Counted from the stretch's first letter, positions 36,909 to 46,660 are shown. The stretch: 59,449 nt of DNA from a virus (IMGVR_UViG_3300016265_001128:1-59449); one strand, 5' to 3'. Numbers and translations: made by a program. The notes: generated by a model not told the origin, from the letters alone.

Positions 36909-37436
36909 CTATTTGCGAAGGCCAAAGTCAGGTCGTCCACGGAGAGGTTCGGACTTCATGCCATCACCGATTTCTGCAACAAGACTGTTGCCACGGCCGT
37001 CACGCATGAGTTCAAGCTGCGCTCGAAGTTTCTCCTCCTCCTCGAGCGGAGCGGTGTGATGCAGCTCGGTCATATACTTTTCCCATTGCTCGATCGGGAG
37101 CTTGAATGCCAACATTTCGTTGACGCCGATCATGCCGTCGTACTCGCCAGACTTCATCTTCAGGTTTTCAAAACCCGGAATGTCGGCGGCCGTGACTGGG
37201 GTATAGCCAAGACGTATCCTAGCTTGGATAGTATCTCGAGGATTTGTAGTTGTTAACCAAATTGTTTTGTAGCCTGGAATATTTGGCAAATTTGGCAACG
37301 CGTCGAACGAGAACTCATTACGAAACGACACAGCGGGGATTGCTTCTTCGCGAGGGTCGTTGTCGGTAGCGGCCCCGCGGTTTTCACGGCCCGTGTCAGC
37401 GGCCTTCTTCAGGCGGTCATCAGTGGAGTTTGCCAT
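36909..37436 (-). CDS. Conserved head-module protein
   Basis: P.IPGY...W, R.GY.PV and G.IGVNEML.FK.P. Confidence 0.7.
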   Translation of the reverse strand: MANSTDDRLKKAADTGRENRGAATDNDPREEAIPAVSFRNEFSFDALPNLPNIPGYKTIWLTTTNPRDTIQARIRLGYTPVTAADIPGFENLKMKSGEYDGMIGVNEMLAFKLPIEQWEKYMTELHHTAPLEEEEKLRAQLELMRDGRGNSLVAEIGDGMKSEPLRGRPDFGLRK

Positions 37437-37447
37437 GTCTGAAATCC

Positions 37448-38434
37448 TTATTTCTTCTGCGCTTTATCGTGCGCGATGTAGGCCTTGATCATCTTGTTGC
37501 GCTTGGCAACGTCGTCCCAGGCGCCAGCCTCCTTCAAGGCCGCGACGCGCTCCGCAGACAGCGTGATCTTGGTACCTGATGAACTTGACGCCGACACCGA
37601 GCCTTTGCCAGAGCCGCCGGTCACAGCGCGCGGACGATTTTCACCGTCCCGGTGAGCGGCCTGCTTGTAACGATGCGGCAGACGACGTTTCAGGCGGCGA
37701 TCCAGCTCGTCCCAATACTCAGGGGTTGCTGGGTCGTAGCCTTCCTCGATCACCTTGGTGTCGATAATCAGGGCAATTCTGGAATCCTCGTCGCCACGCT
37801 TGGGATCGTACCAGCGATTGCGACTCATCCAGTCTTCGCCGTAAGACCGGACCAACGGATCAATCGTCGCCCGCGGCGGTTGACGGACGGCATGTTTTTT
37901 CAGCTCGGATAGTTGTTCAACCGCTCGGCTGGCCTCGTACCACTTCTCCTGAGCCAACGCAAGGGTCTCGCCGTCACCTTTAGTCGCCGCGTCGGCCACC
38001 AATTGGCGATATTGAGCTGCAGCATTAGCCGCGTTGCGCAAGGCCGTGTCGATCTGCGTGACGTCCTGAGAAACCGAGCGACGTTCGGCCGCGTCAAGAC
38101 GCTTCTGCATGTCAGAAAGCATCTTTCTGGTGGCCTGCAGCTCAAGATCCTTGGCGCGGTCGTAGTTCCGCTTCTTTTCCTTGCGCTCTTGGCGTTCGCG
38201 CCGTCGACGTTCGCGTTTTTCTTCAGCGGTTTCGCCGTCGACGTCATCTTCTTGGTCGCCGTCGTCCTTTTCAGGCTCGACGTCGCCCTCGTCGGAGCCT
38301 TGGTCATCGTCTGGCTCATCCGAGTCGTCATCTTCTTGGTCAGTTTCCTTAGATTTCTTCTTCGGATCCTCTTCGATGATCTCAAAAGTGACGTCGTCTT
38401 CCTTCTCGACCTCAGCCGTGATTTTCTCAGCCAT
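37448..38434 (-). CDS. Putative scaffolding protein
   Basis: Acidic N-terminus, coiled coil, W..RN.WY, GYDP...EYW.ELD.R. Confidence 0.75.
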   Translation of the reverse strand: MAEKITAEVEKEDDVTFEIIEEDPKKKSKETDQEDDDSDEPDDDQGSDEGDVEPEKDDGDQEDDVDGETAEEKRERRRRERQERKEKKRNYDRAKDLELQATRKMLSDMQKRLDAAERRSVSQDVTQIDTALRNAANAAAQYRQLVADAATKGDGETLALAQEKWYEASRAVEQLSELKKHAVRQPPRATIDPLVRSYGEDWMSRNRWYDPKRGDEDSRIALIIDTKVIEEGYDPATPEYWDELDRRLKRRLPHRYKQAAHRDGENRPRAVTGGSGKGSVSASSSSGTKITLSAERVAALKEAGAWDDVAKRNKMIKAYIAHDKAQKK

Positions 38435-38444
38435 TTAGACCTCC

Positions 38445-38864
38445 TTAGACGAACGCTTTGATCGTGCGGGGGTCCACGGTGACGTGGCCGATCAGCTCGT
38501 GGTCATTGAAAATGACGAAAAGGGCCTCATCGTCGCCCCCTTTGCCAGGGATTTTGACGGCCCAACGGTCACCGCCAAATTTGGGCACGCGAACGTAGTC
38601 GCCGACGCTCGCCCAGGCGCCTTCCGGCCAAGGTTCGAGCGAATCGCGCTTCTTAAAGGCCAGCGGGCCAATGGCGCGAACCTTTGCGACAGTCGTGTTC
38701 CACTTTTCGACGTCCACGGCGTCAGCGACGATGATAATGCCGCCCTTTGACTTGGTCGCCGGGGTCCGGATTTGGACAAGGACGCGATGGCCGAGAGGCA
38801 GAACGCCCGGATCTAGGTTCGGGAACGCGTCGTCCATGCTTTGGTATTCGTCAAGCGCACTCAT
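38445..38864 (-). CDS. groES: GroES-like co-chaperonin
   Basis: PLGHRVLV, SKGGII, V.AIGP, VGD.V...K.GG and ND. Confidence 0.85.
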   Translation of the reverse strand: MSALDEYQSMDDAFPNLDPGVLPLGHRVLVQIRTPATKSKGGIIIVADAVDVEKWNTTVAKVRAIGPLAFKKRDSLEPWPEGAWASVGDYVRVPKFGGDRWAVKIPGKGGDDEALFVIFNDHELIGHVTVDPRTIKAFV

Positions 38865-39037
38865 ATCTCATCTTCCTCTTCTAAGATGCCTTTGACTATG
38901 TTCAGGGCTTCTTCCAAGCCCTCGTAACGACCTTGAACGCGGAGAAAAGCTTCCCAGTTACCGCAGCTTTTTACAGCCCCTAGGGCTAAATCAGCTTTTC
39001 TCCGCTCAAGTTGGTCGATGAATTTTTCGACTAACAG
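38861..39037 (-). CDS. Small hypothetical protein with CTG start (58 aa)
   Basis: GGAGGT RBS then CTG; in-frame TAA two codons upstream excludes an earlier start; ATGA overlap with groES. Confidence 0.6.
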   Translation of the reverse strand: MLVEKFIDQLERRKADLALGAVKSCGNWEAFLRVQGRYEGLEEALNIVKGILEEEDEI

Positions 39038-39204
39038 GCTTTACCTCCTTTCTTAAACCCCTTCGGCGACTTCTTGGTGTAGCCGGCGGGGTTCTTTTCG
39101 ACTTTCTCGTTGGCGGCCATTTTGACGAAGCCGCCCTTCTTCATGCCAGTAACCTTTTCCCCCATGGCCATCGCCTTGTGCTGGGGAACCTTGCCGTTAG
39201 CCAT
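39031..39204 (-). CDS. Small Lys-rich protein with two [MF]KKGG motifs (57 aa, below cutoff)
   Basis: MANGKVPQHKAMAMGEKVTGMKKGGFVK...KGFKKGGKAC; GAGGAG RBS. Confidence 0.7.
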   Translation of the reverse strand: MANGKVPQHKAMAMGEKVTGMKKGGFVKMAANEKVEKNPAGYTKKSPKGFKKGGKAC

Positions 39205-40756
39205 AGTTCTGATGCTCCTCTGTCACGACGCCGCCCTTCTTGAAGAGAGGGAAACCCTCCTTCAAGAGCTTATCACGGGCCTCTGGCGTCAGGCGAAGGC
39301 CGTGAACTGGGTAGGAACTAAGCCTCTCGTCTGGGGTGTTGGCCCAGTGGTGAACGATGTCTTGGAATTTATCAAACAGATCTTCTATAAAATCCTCTGG
39401 AGCTTGCGGCCCAGACGCGGGCAGCATCTGTTGATAGCTGCGCTGCCAGTTTAAAATATCAGGCACTATTTCGGGAGGTACGAGTGTGGTATCAAACAGG
39501 CGATGGTTTTGAGCACTTGGGACGGCTAAGGCGCGATCATTTGCAAGTCGCTCGAAAAGCTCTAAAGGTGAGTCGATGTCTTCACGAAACCGCTCATATT
39601 CTTCTCGAACAATGTTTCTAGCGTCTCGTTGAGGGCGGGTTAATAATTCGGGAGTGTCAGACATGTCCACCATCCTGGGTCCATCAACCCCCAGACGACG
39701 AGCTTCTTTTGCCATGACTTTGCCCATACGGCTGTCATAATTTAGGACATTCCCAGCTTCCTGCTTGCCACCGAGCTGTTGGGCGTTAACCTGTGTCTTC
39801 AACCGGCCAGGTGTCCAGGTAACTGCGTCTAAGCCACGCGTAGCCGCGTCGTATAGCGCTTGGCGAGCCGCGGCGTTTAGGTAGCCAGGGGCGCCGCCTA
39901 TTTCAGTCAGGAAAGGGGAATATGGGACACTGGCTTCGTAGTTGTTTTCTAAAAACTGCTCCACCCTATATTCAGGCCAACCCTGGCCCAGAAGGGGTTT
40001 TCTGATCTGTTTGATCATTGGCCCAGGCGGCGCCATGGTCTGTTCTTTATCCCGCACCGCCCGCTCAAGGTCGGATTGAATTTCTTCAATCAGAAGAGCT
40101 TTAGACTTGTCAGGCAGCTCGCGGTCAGACTGACGGCGCCAGTAGGCTGGCTTATCGCCATTAATCTTAAAATGTCCTCCGGTGGCATCGCCGTACGCTG
40201 GTTGCGTAGCCCACTTTGTAAGGACCTCGTTATAGTTTTCAAAGGGTCCGGGGAGACGTTGAAAACTTGCGTATTCTGGATCTCGTGCTTCCGGGTAATT
40301 AATCCAGGAATCGCGGATTGCTTGGCGGTGTGGTTCTTCTTCTCTAATACGACGCTGAAGCCACGCCATTCTCTCAGCGTCTGTTGTATTTAGCCCAGGT
40401 CGAGGTGAATTGTCCGCAATGGCCTCTATGGCTTCGTAGGCTTGGCGCTGGGCGGCATCGCGAGCGTCGGCAACCGATGGATCAACCTCGCGGCCAAGAT
40501 ACTCATCCCTATACCTCTGCCCTTCTGGCGGTGTTTGGATCAGCTCGCGCAACTCGTCCGCCGGCACCTTTTCCCGGCCCTCAAATTTGCTGGCAAAGTC
40601 GTATATGTCGGCTTCGGCCTTGGGCACGTTCTGATTATTGCCCAGCCACTTCAAGAACTGTTCACGGGTCATCTTGCCCGACAGCTTCTCAAGCTCGTCG
40701 CCTAAACGAGAGGTGGCTCCCTTAATCCCGAGATAACCCTCGCCCCAGTTAGGCAT
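39197..40756 (-). CDS. Polyvalent-protein-type domain protein with C-terminal FKKGG tag
   Basis: GHF......R..DR.......LIEEIQSD and A..G.DAV.W.PG motifs recalled from large polyvalent proteins. Confidence 0.65.
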   Translation of the reverse strand: MPNWGEGYLGIKGATSRLGDELEKLSGKMTREQFLKWLGNNQNVPKAEADIYDFASKFEGREKVPADELRELIQTPPEGQRYRDEYLGREVDPSVADARDAAQRQAYEAIEAIADNSPRPGLNTTDAERMAWLQRRIREEEPHRQAIRDSWINYPEARDPEYASFQRLPGPFENYNEVLTKWATQPAYGDATGGHFKINGDKPAYWRRQSDRELPDKSKALLIEEIQSDLERAVRDKEQTMAPPGPMIKQIRKPLLGQGWPEYRVEQFLENNYEASVPYSPFLTEIGGAPGYLNAAARQALYDAATRGLDAVTWTPGRLKTQVNAQQLGGKQEAGNVLNYDSRMGKVMAKEARRLGVDGPRMVDMSDTPELLTRPQRDARNIVREEYERFREDIDSPLELFERLANDRALAVPSAQNHRLFDTTLVPPEIVPDILNWQRSYQQMLPASGPQAPEDFIEDLFDKFQDIVHHWANTPDERLSSYPVHGLRLTPEARDKLLKEGFPLFKKGGVVTEEHQNYG

Positions 40757-41544
40757 TACTGATCTCCCTGACGACGGCGGAGGTAATCGTAGGCTTTCTG
40801 CAAGGACGCCTCGGAGGCCTGCATATTCCTCCAGAGCTGCTTGGCGTACGCTGTTGCGCCTTTAGGAGCTGCCGCCAACTCTTCGTCGGTAGGAGACTCC
40901 GCTATAACACCGCCAACGACGGCGGGTGCTGCTAGCTTCTTAGCAAAGAGAGAACTTGCAAGAGACCCGGCATCCATGATTGACGGCAGCAAGTGCTCTG
41001 CTACCTTTGCGGCGCCTTTGATCGGAGCCCCAGCCAAATACGTTGCCACATCAATCGGGGCAGCGACTCCCGCAAGCAGGCTGTTCGTCACCCCTTGACC
41101 AGTATCACCTCGTTGGTAAGCCTCGCGACCCTCGCGAAGCATACTCATGGATGGAGGCTCTACAACGCTATAGAGCATATCAAGCGCGTCTTTCATGGTG
41201 ACTTGGTTGCCGTAACGAATCGCGTCGCCAAACATTCCCTCGCCGGAGAACGGACGATCAAAGGCGCCTGCCTTGGCTGCGTCGACAACGGCCTCGCCGG
41301 CACCAACCCCTGGGCTAAAGCGGTTCATCATGGCCAAGGCGCCGGAGAGCGAGGGGGACGAAGACACCGGCTCAGGTGTAGGCCTTGATGGGTCGTACCA
41401 GCTCTGTCCTTCCCGCAGCTGCGACAAGGCCGAGTTGCGCGGGACGTTTCGCATATAGGCTCGAGCCCGCAAGGCCTCAAGCTGCTCAGGCGATAACGAC
41501 TGCAGGTCTTGGCGGCGTGCGTTCCTGTTGGTTGGCGACATCAA
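40756..41544 (-). CDS. Hypothetical cargo-like protein
   Basis: 262-aa ORF coupled in the portal-GroES interval. Confidence 0.65.
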   Translation of the reverse strand: MMSPTNRNARRQDLQSLSPEQLEALRARAYMRNVPRNSALSQLREGQSWYDPSRPTPEPVSSSPSLSGALAMMNRFSPGVGAGEAVVDAAKAGAFDRPFSGEGMFGDAIRYGNQVTMKDALDMLYSVVEPPSMSMLREGREAYQRGDTGQGVTNSLLAGVAAPIDVATYLAGAPIKGAAKVAEHLLPSIMDAGSLASSLFAKKLAAPAVVGGVIAESPTDEELAAAPKGATAYAKQLWRNMQASEASLQKAYDYLRRRQGDQ

Positions 41545-41611
41545 AACCTACCACCGTGACAAAGGCGTTAAGACTGTAGCACGAAGACGTGGACCTAGGG
41601 AACGGGTTTGT

Positions 41612-42562
41612 TTATTCATCTCGAACCTTAACCCAATTTGGCAGAGGCTCATCGTATTGCATAAGATGCTCGTCTGCAAGCCTATCAAAGGCATCTTTCG
41701 AAAGGCCACGTGTTTTCACCAAGTTAACAACTTCAGGTGGCCAATCTTCAATTGGCGTGCTTGATAGCAGATCTTCAAATGTTTCGTGCCCTATCTTCCC
41801 GCCAAAATTAGACAAGTTATAATCCATGTATTCTGCGCCCTGGCTTTCCATTTCTTTAAAGGCGTCAACTAATTCAGGGTCATGCTTTTTAACCAGGTTT
41901 ACGTAGTCATCGCCAGTGTAGTTTTTACCAGCGTGTTTTAAAAGCATAAACTCGTCTTGAGGGACGACCTCCAACGGATTGTCGTTGGTTCGGTAATCGA
42001 ATAACGTTCTAAAAGACTCCTTTGGAGAGGAATACCCAAGCCCGTCTCCGAATGGGTCAAGCCGCAACCTATCCTGCTGATACGTCGTCAAAAAACTACG
42101 AGCGTCGTCAAGGTCGTCGCCGGATAACTTCTTCTCTAAAAAACGATCAAGGTGTCGGATTGGACCTTCGCCTTCATCCATCATGCTAGTCATAAAATAC
42201 GGTTTTAGGCCGGGACGCTTAAGGATCTCTTCAATCAGGGATAAGACCGGGTTAATAGCCGGAGGAGCTGAAGCTTGCCCTAAACCTCCAACTAGCTTTT
42301 CCGCCAAACCGACTCTCCCCGGTATTGAAGCGGCGGCAGCGGCATTTCGCATGCCTTCCAAAAACTCACGGCGAGATGGTTCCGCCTCTAAAACAGATCT
42401 TCCCGCCTGACCAAGTCCACCTTCCGTGAGAGTCGGCAACTGCGGAGTCTCAACGACCGCCTGCGGGTTAGCAACTGGCGGGGCCTCTTTTGGGGCAAGC
42501 ATCTGAAAAAGCTTTCGCTTTCCTAAGTCCACGCCCTCCTCTATGATTTTCTTGCCAGCCAT
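41612..42562 (-). CDS. Hypothetical cargo-like protein with internal SRREFL motif
   Basis: ATG 42562 with GGAG RBS; long ORF after the portal. Confidence 0.7.
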   Translation of the reverse strand: MAGKKIIEEGVDLGKRKLFQMLAPKEAPPVANPQAVVETPQLPTLTEGGLGQAGRSVLEAEPSRREFLEGMRNAAAAASIPGRVGLAEKLVGGLGQASAPPAINPVLSLIEEILKRPGLKPYFMTSMMDEGEGPIRHLDRFLEKKLSGDDLDDARSFLTTYQQDRLRLDPFGDGLGYSSPKESFRTLFDYRTNDNPLEVVPQDEFMLLKHAGKNYTGDDYVNLVKKHDPELVDAFKEMESQGAEYMDYNLSNFGGKIGHETFEDLLSSTPIEDWPPEVVNLVKTRGLSKDAFDRLADEHLMQYDEPLPNWVKVRDE

Positions 42563-42594
42563 CAGTAGGTACTCCAAAGAGTGGAATGATTGCG

Positions 42595-45255
42595 CTATTC
42601 TACAGCGCTTGGCGGAGGTTCAACAACGTTTTCTTCTGTCACCAAGCCGCCCGCAGCCATCAGCCGACCAGGGTCGATGCCGTCACCATCTTTGAGGTTG
42701 CCAGTACCTTGGCCTGAGGCAACGCGCATCGACGAGATGTTGATGGCCGTCTGGTTGTCCTGCATATTGGTGGTCAGCTTGATCTGCATTTCTCGCATGT
42801 TGGCCTCAAGATCAGCGGCGATTTTCTCGCGTTCAAGGCGCATTTCCTCGATGAACTGCTGTTGCTTGGCCTGCATCTCGGCAATGTCCTGCTGCAGCTT
42901 GACCTGCTCCGCCTGGGCCTTGTTGGCGGCTTCTTGCTGGTCAACGTTAAGCTTCGCCTTGTCCAGCTCAAACTTCTGTTGATCAGCGGCCTTCTTACGC
43001 TCGATCTCAGCTTGGCCAAGCTGCATCTGAACCTGCGACGGATCAACCGGCGGAGGCATCTGCATCGACCGCATCAGGTCAACGGCCTTCTTGATGACGT
43101 CCTCGATTGGCTGAATTGTCTGCAACACTTCCTGGTTAATCATCGGGCTAGCCGCAGCCAACAGCTGCTCAACGGCCTGATCGACCTCGTCGCCCATCTT
43201 CATGAAGTCCGATAGCTCCTGACCAGCGGCGGCCGACGCTTTCTCGTACATCATGACCGTGTACAGCATGGCGATGTGCTGTTTCAGATGCTCAATGCAC
43301 AACGGCGCAAACTTCGGGATTGCCAGCTCGTTGCCGCCCAAGGCCGGGTTCTGCATGAAGTCGATGTGGACGGCGATGTGGCTCAGGTGATCCTGCGTAA
43401 TGAACGCCAAGGCCGGAGAACCCATGAGCATGGCGACATTCTCGTTCACCGGGTTCATGCGCTTGGGTTCGGGCGACTTGGCGAGAAGCTCCTCAAAGTC
43501 AGGAACCTTCATCATCTGCAAGATGCGCTTCTCAACCGTCCTAAGGTCGTACAGGCCAGGGACGGCTGCTGCCCGCTGAGACACCGCATTGATCTGGGCA
43601 AAACGCTGAGTTTCAGACCAAATCTGCGGGTCAGACACGGGGATGACGTCCATGTCACCCTCGTAGTCTTCCTTGCGGACGATCAGCTCGTCATCGATCC
43701 GAACCTCGTTATCCATGTACATCCGGTTAAGCCGGTGCAGGATGGCGAGCGTCTTCTCCTGGCTGGCGTGAAGGCGAGCGTGAATGGCCGAAAAGACCTT
43801 GCTGCCTTGCTCAATCAGCGCCATGGCCGTGCCGACCGGCATGTTATTACCGGCCTCGCTGATCTTCTCCTCAGCCGTCGACACGACACCCTTGGCAGCG
43901 TCCGTCAGCCAACCGAGTAGCTGGAACAACACTGTTGACGGCGGGTTGAACGGCATCGGCATGGCGAGCTTGCGGATGTCGTCAACGCCAGCCGAACCTT
44001 CAATCTCTTGAATCTGGGTAACGGCAACTTCGTCAGACTGACCCGACAGGCGGGCGCCCTTCATCTTCAGCAGGGTGGCGGCGTTATTGATGTGGGCCGA
44101 GTCAAGCAAGGCTCGAAGCGCCCCAGTAGCTGCCCCCGACAGGCCGCCAATCAGGTGCGGCAGGCCGATGCCGTAAGCCCCGCGCCAGGGGATAAAGACG
44201 TATTCAACGATCCAATCGAGCTTTTGCTGGAGCTCGTCGTTTTCTTCCCAGTTGCGGTAAATCGACAGCACGGTTTGGGTCGTTTCATCAACCGTGATGA
44301 TGTACGGCGCAGGTTCACCCTTGGTGGCGTATTCGTCTTCTTCAAATTCCCAAGTGGTATAGACCTCGTAGTCGATCCGAAGACCGTCTTCGTTGTAAGC
44401 GGTCTTATCCTTGCCTTCAATCTTGTCGTTGGCCTTCTCGGCCTTGGTGCGATCGGGTTCCTGCGAGGCGACAATGATGTCAACGTCGCGCCACAAGCCG
44501 GTGTTGATCCGGTTAAGGTATTCGACCTCGTCCAGCTCCATCATGTGCGTCGCGCGGCTGGACGTGTAGAAATTGGTAGCCGAATAGGGAAGAATGATGT
44601 TGTCGATCGGCACAAACTCGACGTCTGGGCGCTTCAACTTGAAGTTCCAGAACATTTTCATGTACTGAGAACCGCCCAACGGCAGCTGGGTCAGCATCTG
44701 CTCCAGCTCAGGCCGGTAAGATTGGATCTCCTTTGTGAGCTGCAGGTTCATGTGCTGGGCTTTACGGTAAGCCTTGGCCTGCTTTTTCTCCGTGTCCTTG
44801 CCCAAGATCTGAGTCTTCACCGGCCCGTTTGGCGGGAAGATTTCCTTGATTGCCGCAGACTCAAAGTCAACGCAGGCCTCGGCCAAGCACGGGTGCACGA
44901 CCTTAGAGGCGCCGTTGAATTGAGCCCCACCGGGGGCATCCTTGCCGAGGCCAGTCCGACGCAGGCCTTCTTCGTACTGCTCGTCGCGTTTTTTCCGGGC
45001 TTCTTTGTCCAGCTTGATCTTCTCAAGCAACTCGGTCGCAATAGACTTCAGCTCGCCTTCGTCCATATCTTCGGCAAGGTTTGCGTAGAAGTCAGTTTTA
45101 TCGGCGGCCTCTTTGGCATCGCCCTCGAGCGAAACAATGGCCGAGCCGTCTGGAAGCTCTTCGACCTCCGGCTCGTCGTCCGCTGGTGCCTCGATCTCCA
45201 AGCCACCAACGGCCTGCTCGTCGAGTTCTTCCTGGTCGTCCTGACTAATAGGCAT
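42595..45255 (-). CDS. Portal protein (P22-like, long C-terminal coiled-coil barrel)
   Basis: F.ANLAE, F.GAS.V.HP, P..GPVKT, YG.GL.HLIGGL..AAT.ALR.L.D and PVGT..AL.EQGSKV.SAIH.RLH. Confidence 0.9.
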   Translation of the reverse strand: MPISQDDQEELDEQAVGGLEIEAPADDEPEVEELPDGSAIVSLEGDAKEAADKTDFYANLAEDMDEGELKSIATELLEKIKLDKEARKKRDEQYEEGLRRTGLGKDAPGGAQFNGASKVVHPCLAEACVDFESAAIKEIFPPNGPVKTQILGKDTEKKQAKAYRKAQHMNLQLTKEIQSYRPELEQMLTQLPLGGSQYMKMFWNFKLKRPDVEFVPIDNIILPYSATNFYTSSRATHMMELDEVEYLNRINTGLWRDVDIIVASQEPDRTKAEKANDKIEGKDKTAYNEDGLRIDYEVYTTWEFEEDEYATKGEPAPYIITVDETTQTVLSIYRNWEENDELQQKLDWIVEYVFIPWRGAYGIGLPHLIGGLSGAATGALRALLDSAHINNAATLLKMKGARLSGQSDEVAVTQIQEIEGSAGVDDIRKLAMPMPFNPPSTVLFQLLGWLTDAAKGVVSTAEEKISEAGNNMPVGTAMALIEQGSKVFSAIHARLHASQEKTLAILHRLNRMYMDNEVRIDDELIVRKEDYEGDMDVIPVSDPQIWSETQRFAQINAVSQRAAAVPGLYDLRTVEKRILQMMKVPDFEELLAKSPEPKRMNPVNENVAMLMGSPALAFITQDHLSHIAVHIDFMQNPALGGNELAIPKFAPLCIEHLKQHIAMLYTVMMYEKASAAAGQELSDFMKMGDEVDQAVEQLLAAASPMINQEVLQTIQPIEDVIKKAVDLMRSMQMPPPVDPSQVQMQLGQAEIERKKAADQQKFELDKAKLNVDQQEAANKAQAEQVKLQQDIAEMQAKQQQFIEEMRLEREKIAADLEANMREMQIKLTTNMQDNQTAINISSMRVASGQGTGNLKDGDGIDPGRLMAAGGLVTEENVVEPPPSAVE

Positions 45256-45261
45256 TGACGT

Positions 45262-46047
45262 TTACTCTCTATCAAAGAAAATGCTTTGCAGCGGGCTACC
45301 GGTTTCTACTTTTGAGAAGTGTTGTGGATCACGACTTAAGCTTGGCAATTGAGACCGGTACAGACTCAGCTCATCCAGTAGGTGCTCAGGTAGGTAAGTA
45401 GCGTAATCCATCAAACCGTCATCGGCCATGCCAGACAGCACCGCTCGAAACCCCATGCTCGACTTAAATGAGGGGTCGGTTTCAATGGCTTTACCCCAAC
45501 TGCGACTTGCCTCGTGTTTTAAAGCGTTGTAAATCGGGAGGTTTACCGGGCGACCGTTTAACACGCGGTCAGTGGTCCCAAAAGGCTGGTTCATAAATGC
45601 CGAGTCTAGGCTAAACCCCCCAAACTCATCTGGGGCAACGGCCATGTGGTCAATACCTCGAAAGTTGTCGACAAGCATCATATCTTGTGGCGATAACGGA
45701 GTATACTGCCAGCCGCCCAATAAGCCACTTGGGTGGGTGTGCATCGCGTACGGGTCCTCAACAGACGGACCTAGTCTTTTATTTCCGCGGTAGTTCATCG
45801 AGTTAAAGTACTCGGCTGCTTGCGGCGGTATCTTTATGCTATCAACATCGCCAGCGAGCATCTCAAGTGGACCTTTCAAGCGGTCGCCATACTCAAGTAC
45901 TTCTTGACCAGCCGTTTGATTTGACTTTGTTGCGGCTATAATTCGTTTTGCGGCATCCTCAACCCACGTAGGCAAAGACTCTAAGACCTTAAACCGCACA
46001 TCTTCAGCCGGCTTGCCAGGAATAGGCTTAGGCGCTCTAGTCGGCAT
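45262..46047 (-). CDS. JAB/MPN-like metalloprotein
   Basis: Upstream Glu (GQEV), MHTHPS and LSPQD give the E...HxH...SxxD pattern. Confidence 0.6.
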   Translation of the reverse strand: MPTRAPKPIPGKPAEDVRFKVLESLPTWVEDAAKRIIAATKSNQTAGQEVLEYGDRLKGPLEMLAGDVDSIKIPPQAAEYFNSMNYRGNKRLGPSVEDPYAMHTHPSGLLGGWQYTPLSPQDMMLVDNFRGIDHMAVAPDEFGGFSLDSAFMNQPFGTTDRVLNGRPVNLPIYNALKHEASRSWGKAIETDPSFKSSMGFRAVLSGMADDGLMDYATYLPEHLLDELSLYRSQLPSLSRDPQHFSKVETGSPLQSIFFDRE

Positions 46048-46660
46048 GGTGATCCTTCATTTGGGCAAGGCCGCCTTTAGCGAAAGGCTTGAAGTAGTCG
46101 GAGAAATCTAACGGTTCTGGGTCATCACGCCGAAAACCTCTTTCTGGGACAACGGACCTTACCTGCCTTAGGTTTTCAAGTAGGGAATTAATGCTTTCGT
46201 CGTACAGCACGTTTTCCCCTTTAAGGGGACCGTATCCAAAGTATGGAAACAACCCGAGGATCGTTTTGTCTTGGCCTTGGTTAACTAAGCCTCGGTTTCG
46301 GTGGCGACCTTCGTGGCCGGCTATTCGGGCGACTGACAGATCTGACGGATCTCTTGGAATAATACTTAAGTGTGGCACGCTTGAAAAGCCGCCCTGATCC
46401 AAATACTTTTCTACCTTGGTTACATTCTTCAATGTCTGCTTTGCGCGATGCTCGGGAAGTCCAATGGCTAGTTCCTCAAACCGAGACGGGTCAAACGGCG
46501 TGATTGCAGCGCCAGCGTGGTTAAACAGGTGCGACAACGCCCCGTCCGTAAATTGTTGCTCAATTGCCGGAACCTCATCGGTTGCGCGTTCTAACCGACG
46601 GGCTCCAAGCACGCCTCGGCTCTGGGCTAACGCTCGGATTAACGCGGGGATGTCAGCCAC
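46037..46660 (-). CDS. ParB/Srx-like domain protein with C-terminal FAKGG tag
   Basis: VP.L...I.GHEGRHR motif; GTG with GGAGG RBS. Confidence 0.6.
   Translation of the reverse strand: MADIPALIRALAQSRGVLGARRLERATDEVPAIEQQFTDGALSHLFNHAGAAITPFDPSRFEELAIGLPEHRAKQTLKNVTKVEKYLDQGGFSSVPHLSIIPRDPSDLSVARIAGHEGRHRNRGLVNQGQDKTILGLFPYFGYGPLKGENVLYDESINSLLENLRQVRSVVPERGFRRDDPEPLDFSDYFKPFAKGGLAQMKDHHAD

Noticed and set aside
35697-37256. 519-aa + strand ORF
   Set aside because: Antisense shadow of the capsid genes caused by biased codon usage; no RBS or motifs
44008-45258. 416-aa + strand ORF
   Set aside because: Antisense shadow of the portal gene
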